In this document: positions 56,209 to 64,000 of the stretch, in pieces | Position numbering within the stretch: the first letter of the stretch is position 1 | How the letters are laid out: each line of letters opens with the position of its first letter | IMG/VR virus record: IMGVR_UViG_3300032132_000748 | Length of the DNA stretch: 64,000 nucleotides | Strand: one strand, 5' to 3' | Origin: a virus | Taxonomy: Duplodnaviria; Caudoviricetes | Notes under the pieces: model-generated | Databases searched by the model: none | Told to the model about the DNA's origin: nothing | What the model saw: the letters and a program-made list of their open reading frames with translations, nothing else | Program-made: the position numbers and the translations under genes

Positions 56209-56669
56209 CCTTTAAGACTTAACAACAGCGCTGCCGCACCTAAAGCGGCCAATACGGTTGGTATGTGAATACCACCCATTTTGCGTCCTCTTCTGCGCCG
56301 AGGTCGATCCATCATAACTACTCTAGGTTCTCTTGATCTGCGATAACGGTCGTAGTCATCTCGATAGCCAGGGGGTCTGTGACCATAATGAGGTCCGTAC
56401 CCATAAGTTTGATTATAGGGATAACCGTAACCGACGTGAATAGGTATTCCTACCCCTCCCGGCTTTGGCTTAGGTTTAGGGGCCGGTGCGGGCGGTAGTG
56501 GAGCGGGTGCTGGCGGCAGTGGGGCGGGTGCGGGAGGTAATACGGGAGCGGGTGCGGGAGGTAATACGGGAGCGGGTGTTGGCGCTATTACTGGGGCAGG
56601 AGTAGGGGTAGCTCCCAGCATTCTGTTTAATCCACCATAGTTTCCTAATCTATTATTTCTTGTATACAT
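56205..56669 (-). CDS. Pro-rich protein with C-terminal TM anchor
   Basis: PAPxLP repeats; GIHIPTVLAALGAAALLLSLKG. Confidence 0.7.
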   Translation of the reverse strand: MYTRNNRLGNYGGLNRMLGATPTPAPVIAPTPAPVLPPAPAPVLPPAPAPLPPAPAPLPPAPAPKPKPKPGGVGIPIHVGYGYPYNQTYGYGPHYGHRPPGYRDDYDRYRRSREPRVVMMDRPRRRRGRKMGGIHIPTVLAALGAAALLLSLKG

Positions 56670-56899
56670 TATCTTCTAATCCCCCATAAAAGAGCGCCAA
56701 TTAAAAGGCTAGCCCCTAATGTTGGCCAATGAATTCCTGAATGACCTAAATCATCATCCTCTCGGCCTCTTTGTATTACATATGTAGGAGAATCGTAGTT
56801 TCTTCGATAGTAGTCGTAAGGGTCGTAACCATACCCATATCCGCGATATGGGTAATACCCTCGACCTCGTCTAGGAAAATGTCTACGTCGTCCTTTCAT
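56669..56899 (-). CDS. Arg/Gly/Tyr-rich protein with C-terminal TM anchor
   Basis: GGAG RBS; GIHWPTLGASLLIGALLWGIRR. Confidence 0.65.
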   Translation of the reverse strand: MKGRRRHFPRRGRGYYPYRGYGYGYDPYDYYRRNYDSPTYVIQRGREDDDLGHSGIHWPTLGASLLIGALLWGIRR

Positions 56900-57341
56900 C
56901 TCTCCACCTATTTAACCATTGTATTAAATCATGGGTGTGTTCTTGTTCTTGTTTTAGAATATCTTCTAAATCTACCCGTAGAGCTGTGTGTTTAACATCA
57001 GTTTCCAGAGTGTGAATAGCATTTGAGTATTTTTCAACCGCCTCTTTTTCTAAAGTAAAGTTTGCATCTAAGATACCGCTAAGAGAGACGGGCTGGATAT
57101 CTGGGATAGGTTTCCGTTTAAGCATCGGAGCAGCCCCATAACCCATCAAATACCTAGTTAATATGTCTATATGTAATTGTTCTTCTGCTAAATGGACTTT
57201 AAGGTGGCCATGAATGGCCGGGGATTCGAGGCCAGATAGGTAATAACCATAAGTCTCGTAAATATCTCTTTGGAGATACTCTAATTGTAGTAATTCTTCT
57301 AAAAGCTCTATGGCTACGGTATTTTGTGTCATACTGGCCAT
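56883..57341 (-). CDS. ferritin-like (bacterioferritin-type) protein
   Basis: E...Y, EEQLH, EKEAVEKY, EQEH di-iron pattern. Confidence 0.85.
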   Translation of the reverse strand: MASMTQNTVAIELLEELLQLEYLQRDIYETYGYYLSGLESPAIHGHLKVHLAEEQLHIDILTRYLMGYGAAPMLKRKPIPDIQPVSLSGILDANFTLEKEAVEKYSNAIHTLETDVKHTALRVDLEDILKQEQEHTHDLIQWLNRWRDERTT

Positions 57342-57592
57342 TATATCATCAACGTATTAAAAGTCCTAGGGTCGCGCAAGAGTGATGCTGATCTAGGACC
57401 CATATTAGGATGAAAATTAGGAAAAACTTGGGAGTATCTCATATATTCTGGTATATAACCAACCTCCCTTTCTGGGGGTAGTCCGTGTGAGACGGGATCC
57501 ATAAACCTAAGAGCTTCGCCTGGAGCAACATAATCATCTTCAACTTGCCCAAACCAGCAGTCTTCTAAATTTCCTAGATATCCCGGTCTCAT
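57341..57592 (-). CDS. hypothetical protein
   Basis: MRPGYLGNLEDCWFG N-terminus; -10 box 6 nt before ATG. Confidence 0.6.
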   Translation of the reverse strand: MRPGYLGNLEDCWFGQVEDDYVAPGEALRFMDPVSHGLPPEREVGYIPEYMRYSQVFPNFHPNMGPRSASLLRDPRTFNTLMI

Positions 57593-57627
57593 TTTAAAAG
57601 TATATCAAATTGAGTATAATTACTTTT

Positions 57628-58236
57628 ATGTGGTATAGAAGAAACCCCCCAACATGGATAACACGAGCTTATTATCGTTTACTTAATTGTGTTCCTACAT
57701 ACAGAGACGCCTTGAATATTTGTTTGGTATTAGGTGATTTGCGAACAGCCACCTATGTATCTACAGATAGAAACCAAGAAGGAGACCTAGTTCGTCCAGA
57801 TTACGATACTATTCATAGGGAATTGATGGATATTTGTAGAGGCAAAAAGCAAATACGGATAACAGGCTTTGATGATATTAAAGGCCATAAATCTCCCTTG
57901 ATTTTTTCGCCCCGAGTCGGAGAATTAGTAGATTTATGGGACGGCGATTTAAATAATCATAAACTTTTTGGAGAAGTTTTGGGTTACTACTGTGCTGGTG
58001 ATCTGGATCTTAAAGATAAGTTTTTTCATAATCTCATTACTATAAACCCCTATTCAGGCAATATAAATTCTTTTTTCTCGCAAGCTTGCAAAGAAGTATC
58101 TGAGGATACAGTCGCCCACTTTACTCAATTTGGCCAAGAAGTAAAAGACTTTTTTGTTGATCATGAGATCACAGATAAGATAGGTTTTGATATCAAAGAC
58201 AAAAAGAATGATGATATTTACGAAGTCTGGTTCTAA
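57628..58236 (+). CDS. hypothetical protein
   Basis: ATG 7 nt after TATAAT. Confidence 0.65.
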   Translation: MWYRRNPPTWITRAYYRLLNCVPTYRDALNICLVLGDLRTATYVSTDRNQEGDLVRPDYDTIHRELMDICRGKKQIRITGFDDIKGHKSPLIFSPRVGELVDLWDGDLNNHKLFGEVLGYYCAGDLDLKDKFFHNLITINPYSGNINSFFSQACKEVSEDTVAHFTQFGQEVKDFFVDHEITDKIGFDIKDKKNDDIYEVWF

Positions 58237-58967
58237 TGAAGCACAGTGCTTGGGATGTTTTTAAACAATACTGCCCACATCACCCGGCACTTGACGATTT
58301 TACAGATTTTAAAGCTTTAATGTCTAAAATTAGGGCAGGAGAAAGCACACAGATAGCCAGATATAACGATGGAGAGTGGATTTGGATGCTCCAAATTCAG
58401 CCTCACTATATGAGATATATGGTCAACTACGGCGGAAATAAGGCAGAAGTTGACAAAATAAGTGAAAAATTACTAGGTATAATTGATTCTTGTCCAGATT
58501 ACTGGATTGGGGTGGGGTCTACTACTCGGGCAGGGCAGGGAATAACTGAAACTAGGAAAAAAGAAATAGATCTTAAACTATCCCGGCTCAATAAATTAAC
58601 TTATGGCGATATATTTAACGCAGCTACCATAAAGATGGGAATAAACCCTCTGATAGAACCTCTTCGAGAACGTAAGGTGATAACCGTAGGTCCAGATTAC
58701 ATGAAAAAATTAGGTATCTCGGACGATCATGTTAGTGTTCCAGTTAAAAATTGCTGGGAACAAGCAGATAAAATCCAAAAATTATTACAAGAAAAAACCA
58801 CAGGGCATCCTGTGGTTTTATACTCTTGTAGTTTGTTAGCCAAATATCTAATTGATGTTAATTATCGATTGTTGGGTGACGAAATCACTCAGCTTGATTT
58901 GGGGTCGTGTATTGATCCTTGGTGCGGAATAACATCGAGGCCCTGGCATAGATATTTGCTAATATAG
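58236..58967 (+). CDS. possible GT-D-fold (DUF1792-like) glycosyltransferase
   Basis: ARYNDGE and LDLGS.IDP resemble the R.GDGE / IDIG motifs. Confidence 0.55.
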   Translation: MKHSAWDVFKQYCPHHPALDDFTDFKALMSKIRAGESTQIARYNDGEWIWMLQIQPHYMRYMVNYGGNKAEVDKISEKLLGIIDSCPDYWIGVGSTTRAGQGITETRKKEIDLKLSRLNKLTYGDIFNAATIKMGINPLIEPLRERKVITVGPDYMKKLGISDDHVSVPVKNCWEQADKIQKLLQEKTTGHPVVLYSCSLLAKYLIDVNYRLLGDEITQLDLGSCIDPWCGITSRPWHRYLLI

Positions 58968-58971
58968 GTGC

Positions 58972-61449
58972 ATGGCAATATTATCACCTATTTGTGTAGA
59001 CTCGGTTACTGGTCAGCAAACGGTAGCGACATCAAGTGACTCTTTAACACAAACATCCCCCGCTCTTACTCAAGTATTAAGCTCAGGAAACACTGCTGGG
59101 AGTAATGGGGGTATTGTCTTTGATGGGTCTACAGATGCTGATCGTACTGTTACAGGAACTAGCATTCGTCTTGCGCCCTCTGTTCTTGGAGATAGCGGCT
59201 TTGTTAATTTAATTGCCGCTGCCGGAACAGCCACCACTAATGGGTCTAACGTCACTATTAATGCAGGGTTAGGTGGTAGCAATAATAGTACGGGTCGTAT
59301 CGGGGGATCCGTGTATCTTAATGGTGGGTCATGCGATCTTTTCGGAGTAACCCCGCACATCGGAGGCGCTCGTATTCAAGTATCGGGTGGCTCAGGAAAC
59401 CTTGCCGGTGGATTAGATCGCGGCGGCGATTTAGATATGCGGGGAGGCCATTCAACCGGTACTGCATCGCGAGATGGTGGAAACGTCAATATTAGTGGTG
59501 GTGATACTGATGATGATACAGGAGGCAGCGTCACTATTTTAGGTGGTATTGCTGAAGATGCTGCTGGGACACATGGTAGTGTAACTATCGATAGTGGAAC
59601 TGGTACAGGAACAACATTTGGCACCGTTTCTTTAGGAGCTACAAGTGCAGCGTCTATCGCCATAGGTCATACAACAATTGATACAACAATTCGCGGAGGA
59701 TTAATTGGTGGTGCAGCTACTGGAACTACTGATGATGGTGACCTACGATTTGGAACTGCCACTCAATCAATGTTCTGGGATGCAAGTGCTACAACCCTAA
59801 ACCTGACTCCAGCATCTGGAGCTAACTCAACCATACTAGTAATGGGAGATACCGCGAACCGTGGTGCAGTTACTATGACCGCAGAAGGAAATGGCGGCGC
59901 AGGTCTTCACGGATTCATTATTCAAGGTTCTGCAGGCGTGGGCGGCGCTAATGAAGGAACAGATATAGAGATATATGGTGGTGCTGCTAGTGGAACGGGT
60001 ACCGGCGGTGACCTCGATTTCTTTGCTGGTGCAGGAGGTACTTCGGGCGAAGGCGGTGCCGTTCGTCTTCGCTCGGGCATCGGTGGATCAGCCAGCCCTT
60101 CTGGCACATTAGAAATCGCAACGGGCGCTGCCTCAGCAGGAGCTTCTGGAAACATCACTATTGATGTAGGAACTGCGAGCACTACCGCTGGAACTATTAC
60201 TATTGGCGGAACAAGCGCCTCTGCTTTAGCAATTGGCCGTTCAGGTATAACAACAGACTTCTTATCTGGCTCTACAGTTGATTTTACTGGAGCTACAGTA
60301 ACCGGACTCACCGCCACGTTCCTAAATGTTGGATCAGCCACCGCTGCAACCAGCACGGGTGATATTGCGGGGGGTGACGGAACCAGACAACTTACCTACG
60401 ATGCGGGAACCAACCGCATGTGGTTATCAGAGAATACCAACCCAGCAGGAACTTTGCCAGATCAATCAGGTACTAACTGGTTGATGGTGGCTTCTGGCTC
60501 AACAAATGCCAACATTAGAGAGCGAACGGCTCACGCCACACTATCATCCACTTTTGGGATGGAAAGATCCAAGGGAACTTTAACCTCTCCCACCGCTCTC
60601 AGCGATACTGACATCATCGGAGACTGGATCGGAAAAGCCTATATCGGCGGAACTAGCGAATATCAAACAGTAGCCCGTATACGGATGCGGGTAGATGGGA
60701 CCGTCACCGATACGAGTAGTTCTCCAGGAAGTATTCAATTCCTAACTGTCCCAGATAGCTCAATTACTCAAACATTGCGCTGGACTATCAGAAATGATGG
60801 GGTCTTCGAAGGTGACGTAGAAGCAGGAGCAGCCACTATACGAGGCGCTAATGCTACTACAGCCGCTACTGCGGGCGCTGGCATAAGTATACTTGGTGGC
60901 GATGGTCTTACCTCTGGGGTGGGTGGTTCCATAGTCATCAATGGTGGTGCATCTCCCAGCGGGACAGATGGTGTAATTTTCATAGGCGTAGCTAATACAA
61001 GCCTAATCGACATAGGCTCTTCTGGAATTAAGACAAACTTTTTCTCAGGGTCTACTGCTGATTTTACGGGAGTTTCGGTCGAGGGCCTACCATCCGTTAT
61101 ATCTACAACAGCCAGTGTAGATCTAACAACAATAGGAGACACCACTCTTTACACGGTCCCAGCAGGACTAACGTGTAAGATAATTTCAGTTGTTATAACA
61201 CCAACCTCAGTTACAGCGGCTGGTGCCGACTCTACTGTAAGTGTAGGGACAAACTCTACTCCGTTTGACAATATTATAGCCGACACCACCCTTACCGGAT
61301 TGGACGCGATTACTGAGTCATTTACTATGGAAGTAGGGGGTGTTAGCCATATTGGTGCTGCAGCAGAGGCAATCACCTTCCGTGTTGATACTGCAGATAC
61401 AGGAACAACAATGACTGCTACCGTGGAACTAATCGGCTATCTAGTCTAG
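58972..61449 (+). CDS. Gly/Thr-rich fibre-like structural protein
   Basis: 825 aa with repeated GG.V.(I/L).GG motifs. Confidence 0.75.
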   Translation: MAILSPICVDSVTGQQTVATSSDSLTQTSPALTQVLSSGNTAGSNGGIVFDGSTDADRTVTGTSIRLAPSVLGDSGFVNLIAAAGTATTNGSNVTINAGLGGSNNSTGRIGGSVYLNGGSCDLFGVTPHIGGARIQVSGGSGNLAGGLDRGGDLDMRGGHSTGTASRDGGNVNISGGDTDDDTGGSVTILGGIAEDAAGTHGSVTIDSGTGTGTTFGTVSLGATSAASIAIGHTTIDTTIRGGLIGGAATGTTDDGDLRFGTATQSMFWDASATTLNLTPASGANSTILVMGDTANRGAVTMTAEGNGGAGLHGFIIQGSAGVGGANEGTDIEIYGGAASGTGTGGDLDFFAGAGGTSGEGGAVRLRSGIGGSASPSGTLEIATGAASAGASGNITIDVGTASTTAGTITIGGTSASALAIGRSGITTDFLSGSTVDFTGATVTGLTATFLNVGSATAATSTGDIAGGDGTRQLTYDAGTNRMWLSENTNPAGTLPDQSGTNWLMVASGSTNANIRERTAHATLSSTFGMERSKGTLTSPTALSDTDIIGDWIGKAYIGGTSEYQTVARIRMRVDGTVTDTSSSPGSIQFLTVPDSSITQTLRWTIRNDGVFEGDVEAGAATIRGANATTAATAGAGISILGGDGLTSGVGGSIVINGGASPSGTDGVIFIGVANTSLIDIGSSGIKTNFFSGSTADFTGVSVEGLPSVISTTASVDLTTIGDTTLYTVPAGLTCKIISVVITPTSVTAAGADSTVSVGTNSTPFDNIIADTTLTGLDAITESFTMEVGGVSHIGAAAEAITFRVDTADTGTTMTATVELIGYLV

Positions 61450-61742
61450 CTTCCTCCGCACTGACACCCCTTACTATTGAGAACTTGTATATCGCATATA
61501 CATTTTCCTGCACTATAAATTCCAGTTTTGCGGACTTTGAGATCTGAAATCTCAAAGGTACCATCTTCATCCCTGCTTACCAAAATAAGACTATCTCCGC
61601 TGGATATAGATGTCATAGGTATGTCTGGATTATCTTCGAGGAATTTAATTGCTTGTTCGATCCAGCGCTGTTTTGTAGTTTCTTCTACAGGCACGGCATT
61701 GGTAAAGTCGAACCAATCTTTTATCAAAATGGGTTTGGACAT
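61446..61742 (-). CDS. hypothetical protein
   Basis: TATAAT upstream; Cys-containing tail. Confidence 0.6.
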   Translation of the reverse strand: MSKPILIKDWFDFTNAVPVEETTKQRWIEQAIKFLEDNPDIPMTSISSGDSLILVSRDEDGTFEISDLKVRKTGIYSAGKCICDIQVLNSKGCQCGGS

Positions 61743-61824
61743 TTTTTACTCATTATATAGAAATACTAGTTAAGTACCCCTAGTGTAGCGCATATAGCGT
61801 TATATACAAGATTCCGCGTAACTG

Positions 61825-62400
61825 CTAGTAAGGACCATCCCAAGGGTCTTCATCGTAGAATCGTTCTTCAGAATCTGGGTAGCTACCAGGATCTCTACCC
61901 CAATTTCGTGGTCGCCTAGGTATTCCTGATCCTCCGCAACTTGAACAATTAGTTCCTGGTGGATAACCCTCTCCGGTTCCTCGACAATCTCCGCAATCAT
62001 ACTCTCCGGTATCTATCGGATCATCCATTAATGCTGAGTCTAGTAAGGTAGGTGTTTCGTGCTCTTCCCAAGTATCTTGTCCGTGCTGTAATAGTGTGTC
62101 ATATTGGGCCATGCATCTATCATGCCCATATTCGCAATCAAAATCAGGGTTACAGTTATGGCAGGATTTCATACCGCAAACTCCGCTTACACAAAATAGG
62201 GCTTCTTCGCAAGCAGGGCAGCCTGTGCCCCACCCAGCAGGATCAGGTCTTTTTGTTAGTGGGTCGTAACCTTTACTGTGAAGCCCGTGTTGCGAGCAAA
62301 GACCATTATGAATACGAAGATTCTCTAAATTTTTACGGGCAGCAATATCTCCAGGATCTTGTTGAACTATGCGCTCTAACTCTCTTAACCGTCTATCCAT
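61825..62400 (-). CDS. Cys-rich protein with DxxLRxLER N-terminus and DnaJ-like CxxCxGxG pair
   Basis: MDRRLRELER; CGDCRGTG, CSSCGGSG. Confidence 0.7.
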   Translation of the reverse strand: MDRRLRELERIVQQDPGDIAARKNLENLRIHNGLCSQHGLHSKGYDPLTKRPDPAGWGTGCPACEEALFCVSGVCGMKSCHNCNPDFDCEYGHDRCMAQYDTLLQHGQDTWEEHETPTLLDSALMDDPIDTGEYDCGDCRGTGEGYPPGTNCSSCGGSGIPRRPRNWGRDPGSYPDSEERFYDEDPWDGPY

Positions 62401-63904
62401 CGATTTCCTCTAATTTGTAGTAGTGATATTTTCCTATATACTCTTTATCGCCTATTCGTTCAAATAAATCAAGAGGGCGGCTATAGGATTTAATAACATG
62501 TTGATAATGTTTAAGATCCATAGGGCTTTTTTCGTCATAATTACTTTTAATTTTATTGGCTAATGACTCCCCTTCTACAAGATACAGATCAAAGCCTGAA
62601 AAGGCTTCCTTCATTTTTAGTAGGGCATAATCCATGTAATGATGGGGCAACTTGAAAAGCCACCGATTTCCCTTGGGATTAACCAGTTGTATTTGAGAGA
62701 CTAATAGTCTCATATCAGTTGCTATAGCAAAACCAATAATTAGAATAGGTTTTCCTCTTTTAGTTATTATGTATGCAAGCTGGTTATCTAGGTAAAATCT
62801 GTCGTAACGATGTGAAAGACCTAAAAGGTCAGTAATTTTTCCTTTTGAATTATAGTGACGAGTATATTTGGTCCGTCCAATCGGGTTCCAAGATCTGGTC
62901 CAATCAATATATGCTTCAAATCCTGCCCCAAAATCAAAAGTGGGGATGGCTTCGAAGGCAGCTACAAGAGTATTCCAGTCTTCTCCTTCGGAGTACTTGG
63001 AATTTTGGCGTAAAGCTATTTTTAATTTTGTTACAAGATCATAATCAGGAGCTGGTGTGGGGTATTTATCGCTGCCAGAACGGTCTCCTTCGTAGGCTTT
63101 AGACATACGGGAATAGGCGTAGATAGAGTAGTAGATTTTTGATAACTCATCGAAACTAAAATCTTTAAACCTAAGAGGGGAGATATTTTCTAAAAAAGCC
63201 TGGGGAGTATCAAAATCTTCTAACTTACCCCAGCCTTTTGCGATAACTCTGAGTTCGGGAGAGGAGACATCTTGAATTGGATCTTTATTTATAGTTTCTG
63301 CAACGGGGGCTAGCTCTTCAACAAAAGACGTTAAGGGTAGCCCTATCTGGGAAACCGGAATTTTGATTTGGGCATAGTCATATAAGTAAACAGCTTCGTT
63401 GAAGAAACCGAACTCTGATTTTCTAAGTTTTCTTTTTTCTTTTGTGCTTCTTACTTTAGTGACCCAAAAATTAATTAGAGAACTATCTCGATGACGGAGT
63501 TTAAACATTTTCCATAGTCTTGATAATTCACCGTTTGTTTTGCTCCAGCGAAAATCTTTTCTCTGTTTGTTTTTCTTTATCTTCTTCGTATATATAGCTA
63601 AGCAGGCATTTCCTCGTTCGTAGTCTAGTGTGATTACTCGATACAGAGCGTCTAAGAAAAATTGGTCCACAATATAATCGTGTTGATATTCTTTGGCTAT
63701 ATATCCATGAACCATTCTAAAACAGTAATTAGGCGCTGGCATGACATTTCTACTTAGAGTATAAAACCCAATAACGTCTTCGGTAAAAACTTGCCTATAC
63801 CTAGTAGGTATTCGACTTAGATCCACCCTAGCTCCGGGGTAATGTATGGCTACACGGACATCTCCGCTCAAGTTTCTACGTTCGGAGAAGTAAATTTCAT
63901 CCAT
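62393..63904 (-). CDS. hypothetical protein
   Basis: 503-aa ORF; TGGTATCAT 6 nt before ATG. Confidence 0.8.
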   Translation of the reverse strand: MDEIYFSERRNLSGDVRVAIHYPGARVDLSRIPTRYRQVFTEDVIGFYTLSRNVMPAPNYCFRMVHGYIAKEYQHDYIVDQFFLDALYRVITLDYERGNACLAIYTKKIKKNKQRKDFRWSKTNGELSRLWKMFKLRHRDSSLINFWVTKVRSTKEKRKLRKSEFGFFNEAVYLYDYAQIKIPVSQIGLPLTSFVEELAPVAETINKDPIQDVSSPELRVIAKGWGKLEDFDTPQAFLENISPLRFKDFSFDELSKIYYSIYAYSRMSKAYEGDRSGSDKYPTPAPDYDLVTKLKIALRQNSKYSEGEDWNTLVAAFEAIPTFDFGAGFEAYIDWTRSWNPIGRTKYTRHYNSKGKITDLLGLSHRYDRFYLDNQLAYIITKRGKPILIIGFAIATDMRLLVSQIQLVNPKGNRWLFKLPHHYMDYALLKMKEAFSGFDLYLVEGESLANKIKSNYDEKSPMDLKHYQHVIKSYSRPLDLFERIGDKEYIGKYHYYKLEEIDG

Positions 63905-64000
63905 CTCTATATGATACCAATTAAGTGTTTGGGTGCTGAGAGCATATTTTTTGATTATTATTTCTACGAAATCTGAGGCTGGAGTCCTAAGTCCTTGGAG

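Noticed and set aside
1-64000. Stop-codon reassignment
   Set aside because: Conserved genes are full length in the standard code and end in TAA, TAG and TGA; no suppressor tRNA seen
1-64000. Ordinary bacterial chromosome segment
   Set aside because: Housekeeping-like genes are isolated among orphans, HNH, phage-type methyltransferase and fibre genes, without their usual operons

Overview
This window looks like part of a very large bacteriophage-like genome (jumbo/huge phage or a related giant element). The basis is dense, often single-gene transcription units on both strands, many orphan ORFs, a tRNA cluster and isolated host-like genes (tilS, rtcB, purB, clpP, dinB, rpsU, rpsA, ligA, rmlA/rmlC, thioredoxin, fatty-acid desaturase, ferritin-like). 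No rRNA or intact cellular operons are present. No capsid, terminase or portal gene is recognisable, so the viral identity is an inference. Standard genetic code fits. Unexplained structure: (i) the first ~3.3 kb interleaves three tRNAs with several structured non-coding RNA candidates and two tRNA-shaped RNAs with aberrant anticodon arms, in a window that also encodes RtcB, a PNKP and a stand-alone ligase domain; (ii) a dispersed TAAGTCCTT-N7-AAGGACTTA-type palindrome precedes promoters in two GC-rich zones and brackets a 22/23-bp iteron-like array near a tyrosine recombinase; (iii) many genes have a -10 box about 6 nt before the start codon (leaderless layout) in an element encoding its own bS1 and bS21; (iv) protamine-like and tail-anchored proteins plus short peptide motifs shared between unrelated proteins (RRAVR[T/I], DxxLRxLER, MRPGYLxNLxDxWFG, LxG[FY]G). 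All calls come from reading the sequence; no searches were run.
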